Sequence record: MW272540.1
Direction: 5' to 3' (one strand)
DNA length: 64,000 nucleotides
The notes below the pieces were generated by a model. The model was given only the letters and a program-made list of their open reading frames with translations. It was not told the origin of the DNA and ran no database searches. Made by a program: the position numbers and the translations under genes. Below, piece by piece: positions 16,843 to 26,207 of the stretch. Position 1 is the stretch's first letter, and each line of letters begins with the position of its first letter.

Positions 16843-18849
16843 TTACTCTTCGTCTTCCATCCAATCTTTTCTGAGGGAAGAGAGTTTACCAAAGAACATT
16901 TCTAGGGATTCATCCGACTTCGTATCTACGTCAATCACCTCAAGATATGGGTCTCGAATACACTTCTTGTAATCTTCCAGCTTTAGCTGACCCAAACCCT
17001 TAATGTGTTTATGTACCCAACCCTTTCCAACGAATTTTTTGTTGTTGAATTCGTTGGTATCATAACACCATACGGTTTCTTTACCTTTAGTGCTGATATA
17101 CTCAGGTGTACGACATACCAACAATCGACCTTGATCGATGAAATGTTTCCAATACTTGTGGAACAGAGAAATTATCAATGGACTGATATGACCTCGACCA
17201 TCCGGATCCGCATCCACAAGAATCGCGACATAATCATAATTTGCAGATGTGTTTCGTCTAACCCCTGATTGCTTCCGATACTGCTTAACATTCGGACTCA
17301 TTTCACGAACCCACTCAACCCCGGAGATTAAGTCCCTTGCTTGTTTCCAAACCCCATTTACAAGAACCTCGTCGTTTTCAGCAACAACTAAATCCCCGTT
17401 TCGATAAAAGTCTCCCGGTGGTTGTTCTTTGCTTTCATCAAGGGGCATACCCATGATCGAAACAATCTCCGAGATTTCTTTATTCTTCATCACCTTGGCT
17501 ATATTGTCCTGTTTATGAACAGACAACAGTTTACCACGAAGTGGGAACCCGCCTTGTGTATCTTTATCTCGACTAGATGCAAAAAATCCAATTGCGGAAT
17601 CACCTTCTGTCAAGAACAGAGTTGTTTCAAAACCCTTTTTACCATATTTGTTTGCTGCAACATGCTTTGGTACGTTAGAAGATAATGCCTTCTTTTGTGC
17701 CTTTGTTGCAAGTGCTTTTTCGATAGCATCACGTTTGGCAATTGCACTCTGTACAATTGGCATGATTACCGATTCGTTAGAGATAACCTTTTTGGCTAAT
17801 GACTTGAAGTCAATATCACAATGGTCCTTGATTTGACCGTTTGAGTTACTAAGTCTTTCTTTAGTCTGCCCATCGAATTTCGCACCAACGAAATTACGTA
17901 GAGAGATAAAAATCAAGGTATTTTCTTTAATACGAGCCTTGTTAATTTCGACTTTAAATTTTCTCTTGATCATAGGTGTTAGTTCATCACACAACCCGTT
18001 GATCAGATATTCAACATGGTTCCCACCTTGTTTAGTGTGGACACCGTTCACATAGCTTAGTTGTCTGAATTCGTCAGAAGTTCCGATAAAGAAAGAACAA
18101 TTATCATTTTCAAAAACGATAGGGTCCCCGAAATCTGAAGAGAACTTTTTGAGCTTTGATTCTACACGTTTTTTGTTAAATGTAAACTTTACTTGTGGAA
18201 ATAAAACAGACAGGATTTCCACACGAGAACGGATAACGTCTATTAGATCATCACAGATGTTAAAAACGCCAAACTTCCCGATCAGATCTGGTATAAATTC
18301 AACTGTTGTACCCTGTTTCCCGCCTTTTGTTGTCGAATAGTCTTGATTTTCTGCGTTTTGGGTGCAATAGATTGTTACTGTGTTTTTCCCGTCGCATGTG
18401 GACGCACGAAACATAGTCGAATATAGGTTTGTAAGTACAGACCCAACACCATTTTTACCAATCCCTTTTCTTTCTTTATCGAAGTTGCCACCGGATCGGG
18501 CGCGAGTATAACAAGCCAATGGGTAAGGGATAATCTCACCTTCTGGGGTTTCCACATCATACTGAGGGATCCCACGACCGTTATCCGCGATGGTGATGCG
18601 ATTTTCTTGATCGTCGATTGATACATCAATTTTATTTGCAAATTTAAAATCAGTGCGGATTGCTTCATCTACAGAGTTATCAATAATTTCATCGATAATC
18701 TTTGCCATACCGGGAATATATCTTTTTTCTACGAATGTACCGTTATCCAAGACGACATGTGTCTCTTCAGATACAGACCCAATATACATATCTTCGTTCA
18801 TAAAGATATGTTCATAATCTGATAGAATTTTACCTTCTTGTTCCTTCAT
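16843..18849 (-). CDS. 39: DNA topoisomerase II large subunit (uninterrupted gp39+gp60)
   Basis: EIIDNSVDE, DNGRGIP, GKNGVG, LTEGDSA, PLRGK, DADPDG and KGLG in one frame. Confidence 0.95.
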   Translation of the reverse strand: MKEQEGKILSDYEHIFMNEDMYIGSVSEETHVVLDNGTFVEKRYIPGMAKIIDEIIDNSVDEAIRTDFKFANKIDVSIDDQENRITIADNGRGIPQYDVETPEGEIIPYPLACYTRARSGGNFDKERKGIGKNGVGSVLTNLYSTMFRASTCDGKNTVTIYCTQNAENQDYSTTKGGKQGTTVEFIPDLIGKFGVFNICDDLIDVIRSRVEILSVLFPQVKFTFNKKRVESKLKKFSSDFGDPIVFENDNCSFFIGTSDEFRQLSYVNGVHTKQGGNHVEYLINGLCDELTPMIKRKFKVEINKARIKENTLIFISLRNFVGAKFDGQTKERLSNSNGQIKDHCDIDFKSLAKKVISNESVIMPIVQSAIAKRDAIEKALATKAQKKALSSNVPKHVAANKYGKKGFETTLFLTEGDSAIGFFASSRDKDTQGGFPLRGKLLSVHKQDNIAKVMKNKEISEIVSIMGMPLDESKEQPPGDFYRNGDLVVAENDEVLVNGVWKQARDLISGVEWVREMSPNVKQYRKQSGVRRNTSANYDYVAILVDADPDGRGHISPLIISLFHKYWKHFIDQGRLLVCRTPEYISTKGKETVWCYDTNEFNNKKFVGKGWVHKHIKGLGQLKLEDYKKCIRDPYLEVIDVDTKSDESLEMFFGKLSSLRKDWMEDEE

Positions 18850-18855
18850 TTTACC

Positions 18856-19206
18856 TCACTTTAAAAAACCATAACGTTTCAGGATCTCTACTGACTTTTC
18901 GTCATCGAGAGAAACGGAGTTATATCGATTATTTATATTCAACTCTTTGTACATAGTATAATTGATTTCCGGAGGAACATGGATATAGTTTGTCAAAAAG
19001 AATGCTGGTTCGTAATCGGCTTCGTAGCAGATGTAAGATTGGTTTTCAATAAATTTCAGATCGACCAACTTATATGATCCGCAAATATCACCATTGATAC
19101 TTTTTGTACTTACCCAAAACATTCGAGCCGAGCAGTATGGTTTTTCTTTTAGGCGGTCTTTTGCGACCTCTACCAGTTCTGGCCTGTGTTGATGTTCAAA
19201 ATTCAT
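18856..19206 (-). CDS. hypothetical protein
   Basis: 116-aa ORF with GAGG SD. Confidence 0.7.
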   Translation of the reverse strand: MNFEHQHRPELVEVAKDRLKEKPYCSARMFWVSTKSINGDICGSYKLVDLKFIENQSYICYEADYEPAFFLTNYIHVPPEINYTMYKELNINNRYNSVSLDDEKSVEILKRYGFLK

Positions 19207-19242
19207 GTGTGTTCCTCAATAAAGAAAGGGGATAGTCTCCCC

Positions 19243-19617
19243 TTAAATTTTTTCGAGATAATAACTAGAAGTATCTTTTGATTGGTCTTCTACCTTTGTT
19301 GCAATGTAAAACGCCTGACGGCTACCATCTGCAACTATATAATATCGGTATACAATGTATTGATTGTATACATTTTTGGTATAGAAATAATCGTCACCAA
19401 TGATATATTCAAAGAATTCCTTTGTTAGATGAGATCCAATTATCACAGGTAGTTCAACATTAAGGTTACCGTTACCGGTCCCGCTGGATACCCTGACACG
19501 ACACGAATTTTCTATGGATGGTCTCACGAACCAACTATCTTTATTGAAATCAAATGGGTTTTCTGGTGATATTGGGAAATGTTTAATCGCCCATTCTTTA
19601 GCAATTTCTCTATGCAT
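19243..19617 (-). CDS. hypothetical protein
   Basis: 124-aa ORF, TAATG coupling. Confidence 0.7.
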   Translation of the reverse strand: MHREIAKEWAIKHFPISPENPFDFNKDSWFVRPSIENSCRVRVSSGTGNGNLNVELPVIIGSHLTKEFFEYIIGDDYFYTKNVYNQYIVYRYYIVADGSRQAFYIATKVEDQSKDTSSYYLEKI

Positions 19618-19790
19618 TATTCCACCTTGGAGTATACAACAACCCCATCATATTGTTCATATTGACAAACCAAGGATCCGTCTTTGTAGAAAGACATGAT
19701 GTGACCATCTGCATCATAAGAAGTTTTGGATTCCACACCATCAGCATAAGCCAGTTCTTCGAATTCTTCTTTAGTGATATCTACCATCAT
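19617..19790 (-). CDS. hypothetical protein
   Basis: Start moved to MMVDIT after GAGG. Confidence 0.6.
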   Translation of the reverse strand: MMVDITKEEFEELAYADGVESKTSYDADGHIMSFYKDGSLVCQYEQYDGVVVYSKVE

Positions 19791-19794
19791 TTTA

Positions 19795-20457
19795 TCATCC
19801 TCTTTGTGAATTTGGGTCAACATCCGTTGGGATTGGTTCTAACCCATACGAATATCGTTTTGAGTACAGCAACATCATAACATCCCTTGCTGCATCATGC
19901 AATGAATTATGTTTTGTGAACCCCGGTAAACTACCTACCGGGAGCGGGCAATAAGTCACATCCCGAGATAGGTTAGATTCTATCGCAGTCCTAACTTCAC
20001 GGAAATTGTTAAACATCACTGGCATGTTATCAGTTACTTCGTCATCTTTCAAGTGATAAACGCAACTAAACCAACTACGTAGCCAAACGACATCCATTTC
20101 ACCACGAGTCCAGATATGAGATTTCTTAAATTTAACACCGGTATCTAGGAAGAACTGTCTCAACTCTTCGGCGGATTCGTACAAAGACTTATCCTCAGAT
20201 GAGGGTTTTAGGAGAAGTTTAGCAGCATCCCCCTGTTTTTTCCACCACGCCAGCGTACTCTGGCTATATGTTCTACCAAGATATTTTTGCGACTTGATGT
20301 TAAATTTAAACTTTTTACCACATGCAACTAATTCATTAAAATTTGGAGTATTACTTGGATCCATTATAAACGGAATTATAGAAAATTCAACAAGAATCGC
20401 ATTTTCAACTGTATTCAATGATTCGAAGTCGATTAGGTAATCTGTTATCGGGTCCAT
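19795..20457 (-). CDS. dexA: exonuclease A
   Basis: IDFES, KFNIKSQK, STLAWWKKQ, WTRG and HNSLHDAARD match T4 DexA. Confidence 0.9.
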   Translation of the reverse strand: MDPITDYLIDFESLNTVENAILVEFSIIPFIMDPSNTPNFNELVACGKKFKFNIKSQKYLGRTYSQSTLAWWKKQGDAAKLLLKPSSEDKSLYESAEELRQFFLDTGVKFKKSHIWTRGEMDVVWLRSWFSCVYHLKDDEVTDNMPVMFNNFREVRTAIESNLSRDVTYCPLPVGSLPGFTKHNSLHDAARDVMMLLYSKRYSYGLEPIPTDVDPNSQRG

Positions 20458-20948
20458 TACGCTGTCCCCGAAGATCCAATCCCAGCATCACCACGAGAAG
20501 TAACATTTTCAAACTGTTCAACACGATTAAATTTCAGTTGGTTGAATACCGGGATGAACACCATTTGACAGAACCGTTCCCCTGCTGGGATATGAAGAAC
20601 CTTATTGAAACTAATGGGGTCTTGTTCGTTTACGTAATGTTCATTTCGAACCTTAACCATGATTTCACCTTGATAGTTTCCATCAATCAGACCCACGGTG
20701 TTAGCCAACCGAGTATAAAATTTGAAACCAAGACCAGAACGAGGGAGGACCATGGCAGCAATACCAAGACCCGGAACACCAGTATCAAATTGGCTCATAT
20801 CAAATCGCATACCAGTATTGACAACAATTTCTTCACCGGGTTTCAACATAATTGGTTCTGGTGTTCGCAAGTCAATTGCCGCATCACCGTCGCGTTGAAA
20901 ATCTGGCATCACATCATATTCGAAACCACTAATAAAATTCATTTGCAT
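20457..20948 (-). CDS. dut: trimeric dUTPase
   Basis: All five motifs: AAIDL, RSGLG, GLIDGNYQGE, GERFCQ, RGDAGIGSSG. Start moved to 20948. Confidence 0.93.
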   Translation of the reverse strand: MQMNFISGFEYDVMPDFQRDGDAAIDLRTPEPIMLKPGEEIVVNTGMRFDMSQFDTGVPGLGIAAMVLPRSGLGFKFYTRLANTVGLIDGNYQGEIMVKVRNEHYVNEQDPISFNKVLHIPAGERFCQMVFIPVFNQLKFNRVEQFENVTSRGDAGIGSSGTA

Positions 20949-20949
20949 T

Positions 20950-21336
20950 TCATACCTCATTTTTAATTTTATCTGCCAAGAATTTGGCAAGTTCTTTCCT
21001 AGCCTGACCATAAAAGCCTTGATACATATCATCAATTTCGTCATATGCGATATATGGGCAGCTAGTAGAAATACCATCGTTATATGGTACTGGGTACAGA
21101 TCATTTCCAGAAAACAATTCCCATTCTACCCAATATCGTTTAAATACGTCGGATATGTCATCTTCATATCCACGGATATACCTTTCGTCAATACAAAATT
21201 TCCAATCTTGGTTACAAAGACCAATCTCCTGACACCACCATTCTGGAAAAATACCATTGGATACATTTTCCAGAATTTCCGAAACTTTCATCCCATAATC
21301 TTTTTCGTAATCATCTTGTTCATCATACATTCTCAT
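20950..21336 (-). CDS. hypothetical protein, paralog of 21323-21643
   Basis: Shares IGLCNQxW, WxxFSG..YPV and YG..RK.LA.FLA.K motifs with its neighbour. Confidence 0.75.
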   Translation of the reverse strand: MRMYDEQDDYEKDYGMKVSEILENVSNGIFPEWWCQEIGLCNQDWKFCIDERYIRGYEDDISDVFKRYWVEWELFSGNDLYPVPYNDGISTSCPYIAYDEIDDMYQGFYGQARKELAKFLADKIKNEV

Positions 21337-21643
21337 TTTCCTTCAACTTCTTGGCTAGGAATCCGGCTAGACGCTTACGAGATTCGCCATACATACCGGT
21401 ATATTTGCTTCGATTGGAATGATAAGCACCCCTAGCACAACCATCTTCATCATCAACGGGATAATCTTCAAACCCACTAAATTCATCCCATTGATGAAAA
21501 TAAAAATAGAAAATTTCTTTTACTTTATGATATTCGATACCACACATGAAATACCAGTTTTGGTTACAAAGACCAATATCTTTAGCCCAAACTGATGGGA
21601 ATTCCCCTTGGCTTACCATTTCAAGAACTTCATAAACTTTCAT
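21323..21643 (-). CDS. hypothetical protein, paralog of 20950-21336
   Basis: Same shared motifs as the adjacent paralog. Confidence 0.75.
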   Translation of the reverse strand: MKVYEVLEMVSQGEFPSVWAKDIGLCNQNWYFMCGIEYHKVKEIFYFYFHQWDEFSGFEDYPVDDEDGCARGAYHSNRSKYTGMYGESRKRLAGFLAKKLKENENV

Positions 21644-22704
21644 TATTTTAACCTCTTATGTCCATATTTTCGCCATTTACTTAATGCATCAACCGCTCGT
21701 ATTCCACTATATGTGTTTTCTCTAATAAATTCCATTATTTCGTCAACGGTTGCACCTTCGTCTTTGATCATATCATTGATATCCTTTGAAGTCCAAGGAC
21801 AATCAATCCATATGACGATTTTTTCGGATGCGTTTATCAGTTTTTCCATTCTCTTTATTGTATCATAAGATCTAGGTTCGTTGTCAAGTACCCATACCCG
21901 ATTATTTTCAAATGGAGAGTCTTCTAATGCCATAGAACCACCCACAATAGCACAAGCGTTTGGGATAAACACACTATCAATAGGACCTTCTAACATATAC
22001 ACGGTTTTTGATTCGTCAACCCGTTCCATTCCATAAACCTTTGACGCATCATCATCTGCCTTGATGGTCAGATATCGTTGACTTTTTTCAACGTTGGTCA
22101 ATGCCCGTCCTTGAATAGAAGAATATGTACCATCTTTATTATAAATAGGTATTACCAACCGATATTCTTTTTTGTCATCGTATTTATAAGTTTCTGGTTT
22201 AATATTATTTGCTAACTTCTTCCATTCATCAGTAAAAAAGAAAAGTTTGTGTTTGTCTTTCGGGATCTTGCGACGATTTACCCAACCAATAACCGGGTGT
22301 GTTTCTGGCAGATCTGCAAGACAAATGGAATATGGTATTTCATTTTTCTTAATCTGTTCTTTCTTTACTTCTTTTTTCTTTTCTTGGTAAACAGGTTCCC
22401 AAGAATCCTCTTTGTTTGCATATTTTTCTTTAGCAAACTCTCTATACATTTCCGGTTCGTATTCGTATAGGTAATTTGTCAGTTTCATGTTTCTGCCGCA
22501 GTTATAGCAGCCAAATCGAACATGACCCTCTGATTCATAAAACCAACCACGAGTTTTGTGATATTGTGTTGCACTATCACCACATATAGGACACCGGAAG
22601 TTATATTTAACTTCAACACCGCGAGAGTGGTCGGTTGTTAGTTCCATCCTATAAGAGAGCATGGTTGCAAACTGTCTCTCGATTATAATTTGGTTAATCA
22701 TCAT
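21643..22704 (-). CDS. 61: DNA primase
   Basis: FRCPICGDS..GCYNC zinc finger, RLVIPIY, QGRAL, EGPIDS, DNEP and KDIND. Confidence 0.96.
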   Translation of the reverse strand: MMINQIIIERQFATMLSYRMELTTDHSRGVEVKYNFRCPICGDSATQYHKTRGWFYESEGHVRFGCYNCGRNMKLTNYLYEYEPEMYREFAKEKYANKEDSWEPVYQEKKKEVKKEQIKKNEIPYSICLADLPETHPVIGWVNRRKIPKDKHKLFFFTDEWKKLANNIKPETYKYDDKKEYRLVIPIYNKDGTYSSIQGRALTNVEKSQRYLTIKADDDASKVYGMERVDESKTVYMLEGPIDSVFIPNACAIVGGSMALEDSPFENNRVWVLDNEPRSYDTIKRMEKLINASEKIVIWIDCPWTSKDINDMIKDEGATVDEIMEFIRENTYSGIRAVDALSKWRKYGHKRLK

Positions 22705-22725
22705 GTTGTGTATACCTCTGGAAAG

Positions 22726-22755
22726 ATTATATCACACCTATTTGGAAAAAGTAAA
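22726..22755 (-). promoter_or_regulatory. early promoter for primase
   Basis: TTTACT-18-TATAAT with TG extension. Confidence 0.7.
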
Positions 22756-22775
22756 GCCCCTTTCGGGGCTTTTTT
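22753..22775 (-). terminator. Rho-independent terminator after 61.1
   Basis: AAAGCCCC-GAAA-GGGGCTTT hairpin on the minus strand. Confidence 0.75.
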
Positions 22776-23223
22776 AAGACTTCAAAGTCTTTTCTATTTT
22801 ACGTCTTTTCTTAACACCTAACGAAGCAGGACCTTTATCTACAATATCACCAGACTTGACACCAGAAGCAATATTAGTTGGATCGCCATCTGCATCCCCA
22901 GCTACCATTGCTTCATATAAAGCCTCTATAGACTGCTCTGGCTGTCCGTAGCGTTCGGTAAGGGCATTGTATCCCGCCTTAGCCGCAAACAGATTAGCGG
23001 CTGTCTGACCACCGTATTTTTGCAATCCCTGTTTTAGTGTCCGGATTGTAGAATGAAAAGATGTATAAGCAGACTTTTCCCTAACTGTATCGGGTCGTTT
23101 GATGAGGTTACCTTGATCGTCAATTAGCCCCAATTTACAAGCTTCCCAATTCCTGAAGGGTTTTCTTATTAAGTCTATCATACGTGCAGCGTATACCGCA
23201 TCCATAACCCTTTTGATTGACAT
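22774..23223 (-). CDS. 61.1: gp61.1-like conserved protein
   Basis: KPFRNWEACKLGLIDDQGN and C-terminal IASGVKSGDIVDKGP; position between 41 and 61; late promoter at 23266-23260. Confidence 0.8.
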   Translation of the reverse strand: MSIKRVMDAVYAARMIDLIRKPFRNWEACKLGLIDDQGNLIKRPDTVREKSAYTSFHSTIRTLKQGLQKYGGQTAANLFAAKAGYNALTERYGQPEQSIEALYEAMVAGDADGDPTNIASGVKSGDIVDKGPASLGVKKRRKIEKTLKS

Positions 23224-23262
23224 ATATTTTTCCTTTTAAAAAGGGGATTACCCCCTATTTAT

Positions 23263-24831
23263 TTAGTCATCCCAAGGTGCAGAATCTTCATCGATCATCC
23301 CGGCGATATCTTCGTTAAAATCGATTTGGACCTTACTTAGATTGCGTTTGAACAGAACCGGTCCCAGTGGTTTGGTATCGATAATGTCGGCGATTTCTGG
23401 CTCTATTTCAACAGCCACCGAAGTCACATCATCACCCTTACGAACAACGATAGAGTCGGCGCTAATATCCGAGCGTTCTTCTAGATCTTTTCTCTCGTAA
23501 ACAACCGTATATGGTGCAGTATCATCAAGATCTGACCAACGCATTTTACCCTTTTCAACCACCATACAGAATTTGTTATGGGTGTTGATATCACCATATC
23601 GGGACTTCAATTGTTTGAACAATTGCTGACCAAGGGAGATAAGGTCTTCGTCTTCGGAAATCGCCAATACGAAATCGCAACCATGAAGGAGAGCATACGA
23701 ATCTGCAATGTCGGCTTTGTCAATTTCAAGACTACCAGATGACCCACGGTTTGTTTGAGCACCGGACCACGCAACGATTTTCTTTTCAATTGCCAAACCA
23801 CGGACTTCCTCGGAAATCGCTTTGATGAAGGAATATGAATTGTCAGAAAACTTCATCCGAGACGAAGCCATGATACCAAGATAGTCTACCATGATAACAT
23901 CAGGTTTAAAACCCTTTTTCATCTCCAATTCATCCATCAGGTTTCTGATGTGATTTACGTTGGCTCCCGAAGTAGGAAATTGTTTAACAAACAATTTACC
24001 AAGTTTTTTGCCAAGAACCTTTTTATTAAAACGGTTCATGAACTCGGATTTTTGAACCAGACCACTATCCAGATCATCGAGAGAAATATCCATCAGGTTA
24101 GCGTCAATACGTTTACCTACGGTTTCTTCGCTCATCTCAAACGATACATATAGGACGTTAAGTCCGAGCTGCAAATATTCAGTTGCAAGGTGACACAAAC
24201 CGATAGACTTACCAACACCAGTACCGGCAAGAATAACGTTCAACGTACCCAGTTCGACCCCACCTTTCGTAATCCGGTTTAACATATGATTTAGGAAAGG
24301 GATCTTGTTTGTTTTCTTATTATAGGACTCCCAGCGATCTTCTGCTTGTGCCATATAATCATGACCAATGTCAAAAGTAAATCCAACTGACAAGGCAGTT
24401 TTCATAATTTCTGGAATAGCGCCGATATCCTTTATTTTCTTGTCTTGCTCGTCAAGGGGCTTAGAAAAGTTTTCTCTAATTTGAATACATTCGGAAATAG
24501 CGATATCCATAGCTCTTTCCTGACAGAACTTTTCTGTTTCCTCAACCAACCATTTAGGATCTTCCGGAATTTGTTCAATTCTGGAAATCAATACCTTACT
24601 TTGGTCATATTCTACCTGACTAATATTTTGTTTCTTTTCAATCATTACACCCAGCGCATTAACGGAAGGTGCTTTATTATGCTTTTTTGCATATTCATGG
24701 ATCATCTCGAATGCAATTCGATATGGACCCCTAGCAAAGTATTCAGGTTTCAAAAATGGATATACTTTACCAAAAAATTCGCTGTTATAGACCAGATTAT
24801 TAATAATGATCTGGGACATACTGACACTCAT
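23263..24831 (-). CDS. 41: replicative DNA helicase
   Basis: AGTGVGKS, SFEMSE, VDYLGI, GAQTNR and QLKSRYGD; start MSVSM after GAGG. Confidence 0.96.
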   Translation of the reverse strand: MSVSMSQIIINNLVYNSEFFGKVYPFLKPEYFARGPYRIAFEMIHEYAKKHNKAPSVNALGVMIEKKQNISQVEYDQSKVLISRIEQIPEDPKWLVEETEKFCQERAMDIAISECIQIRENFSKPLDEQDKKIKDIGAIPEIMKTALSVGFTFDIGHDYMAQAEDRWESYNKKTNKIPFLNHMLNRITKGGVELGTLNVILAGTGVGKSIGLCHLATEYLQLGLNVLYVSFEMSEETVGKRIDANLMDISLDDLDSGLVQKSEFMNRFNKKVLGKKLGKLFVKQFPTSGANVNHIRNLMDELEMKKGFKPDVIMVDYLGIMASSRMKFSDNSYSFIKAISEEVRGLAIEKKIVAWSGAQTNRGSSGSLEIDKADIADSYALLHGCDFVLAISEDEDLISLGQQLFKQLKSRYGDINTHNKFCMVVEKGKMRWSDLDDTAPYTVVYERKDLEERSDISADSIVVRKGDDVTSVAVEIEPEIADIIDTKPLGPVLFKRNLSKVQIDFNEDIAGMIDEDSAPWDD

Positions 24832-24855
24832 AAAAATCCTCTTATCTAACGAAAA

Positions 24856-24891
24856 CACCCACGTTTCAAATTTTGGTTCGGAACGTGGGTG
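24856..24891 (-). terminator. probable terminator between the Hint-like gene and 41
   Basis: 10-bp stem CACCCACGTT/AACGTGGGTG with a 16-nt loop, followed by TTTTCGTT. Confidence 0.55.
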
Positions 24892-24906
24892 ATACTTACT
24901 TACATT

Positions 24907-25425
24907 TTAACGTATTTTTGCAGGAACATGAAGTATACCGGTGTCGTTCAACACAAAAGGCTTGTCGTCCTTGGTCAAGATGTTCATCCAGAACTTCGCT
25001 TTATACTTTGGAGTTTTCTTAACACGAGTCATACGCCGCGTGATCTGACCGTCTGGCATAGCATAGTGAGACACCATTAACGCCTGTCTTTCACCAACGA
25101 AGTCATAGAAGCTTAGAACCATATGGTTCTCACAGCACAACCACGACTTTCCGTTTTCCATAGTGATTTCCCACACTTCCGGGTTAAACGGCTCGGTAAA
25201 TTCAGTGTCTACCATTCTGGTAATCTCTGCATATTCACCGGTTTTGGTTGATGGCAAAAGAACGGTATAACCATAGATAATTTGCATTACCTGATACATT
25301 GTCCAAGTAGTTGGGCGCATATCACCCCACATTTCAGGACAATAGAACGTTACTAGGGTATCTTCTGGAAACCCGTTAATATCATAACAGTCATTACGAT
25401 CACATTCTCTGGTTACTTCAGTCAT
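24907..25425 (-). CDS. free-standing Hint/intein-fold protein with degenerate splicing residues
   Basis: GFPEDTLVT (block A), VWEITMENGKSWLCCENHMVL (block B), MNILTKDDKPFVLNDTGILH (blocks F/G); start lies 2 nt after the gene 40 stop. Confidence 0.65.
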   Translation of the reverse strand: MTEVTRECDRNDCYDINGFPEDTLVTFYCPEMWGDMRPTTWTMYQVMQIIYGYTVLLPSTKTGEYAEITRMVDTEFTEPFNPEVWEITMENGKSWLCCENHMVLSFYDFVGERQALMVSHYAMPDGQITRRMTRVKKTPKYKAKFWMNILTKDDKPFVLNDTGILHVPAKIR

Positions 25426-25426
25426 T

Positions 25427-25711
25427 TTATTTCCTTTTGAAAATATCAAGGAATCGAATATACCAAGGTTTGGCTTCTTCGAAATTAAATTGAGCAATCA
25501 AGGCACGTTGAACATGTGGAAATAGAATTTCCTTCTCTTCCTCATGTGGTGTAGACCAATCAATATGCATTTTACCGTCATGAAATTGGACATCATGGAC
25601 ATAAGTTAGATAATGATCATCTCCAATACGAATAACCAACTCTTGGGTGACATTGCGCAATGCTTCCTTAATAATGTCTTTGTATTTATTTTCGTTATAC
25701 TCTTCTTCCAT
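25427..25711 (-). CDS. 40: head vertex assembly chaperone
   Basis: IKEALRNVTQELVI, HLTYV-like segment, FPHVQRALIAQ; position between uvsX and 41; late promoter at 25751-25745. Confidence 0.85.
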   Translation of the reverse strand: MEEEYNENKYKDIIKEALRNVTQELVIRIGDDHYLTYVHDVQFHDGKMHIDWSTPHEEEKEILFPHVQRALIAQFNFEEAKPWYIRFLDIFKRK

Positions 25712-25747
25712 AACACATCTCAGAAGAGGTGGTTTCCCACCTCATAT

Positions 25748-26164
25748 TTAGGGGATGATATTAAATTTAGTTCTATTTGTGTATACAACCGGTGCGACAA
25801 TCTCATCAAAGTCGGTTTGGTGCTGAAACCCATCTTGAACTAGAAGATGACTATAACCCCGTCCCCTTAGATCCATTGGGTGTTTCACCACAATAAAACG
25901 AGACATATTTTGCAATTTCATGGATTTTACACAGTCTTGAATAATTTTATTATCGAATACCTCATTTAATTTTTTAATTTGGTATTTGATCTCATCAAAT
26001 ATTCGACCTCGGTTAGGTTCCATTATAATTACAGTCTTAAACTCACCAAAATATGCGTCATAAACTGCTTTGGTTGTTGGGTCATCAAAAAATCCAAAAT
26101 GAGTTAGATAGTATCCGTAGTCGTCACGAAGGTGTATGAACAGCTGTATTTCTTCTTCAGTCAT
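25748..26164 (-). CDS. hypothetical protein inserted between uvsX and 40
   Basis: Start moved to MTEEE (26164). Confidence 0.7.
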   Translation of the reverse strand: MTEEEIQLFIHLRDDYGYYLTHFGFFDDPTTKAVYDAYFGEFKTVIIMEPNRGRIFDEIKYQIKKLNEVFDNKIIQDCVKSMKLQNMSRFIVVKHPMDLRGRGYSHLLVQDGFQHQTDFDEIVAPVVYTNRTKFNIIP

Positions 26165-26207
26165 TTTGTGTTCCAATAGGGGGTTCAAGCCCCCCATTTA
26201 TGGTTAA

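Noticed and set aside
17150-17450. Apparent insertion or ribosomal hop region in the topoisomerase
   Set aside because: The segment corresponds to the normal gp39 C-terminus and gp60 N-terminus in one frame.
20418-20966. 182-aa + strand ORF
   Set aside because: Antisense to dUTPase; no SD or motifs.
20949-21104. N-terminal extension of dUTPase in the ORF track (also the extended starts for 43A, 41, 34, rnh, nrdD and the Hint gene)
   Set aside because: Extensions overlap upstream genes or lack an SD; downstream ATGs have proper SDs.
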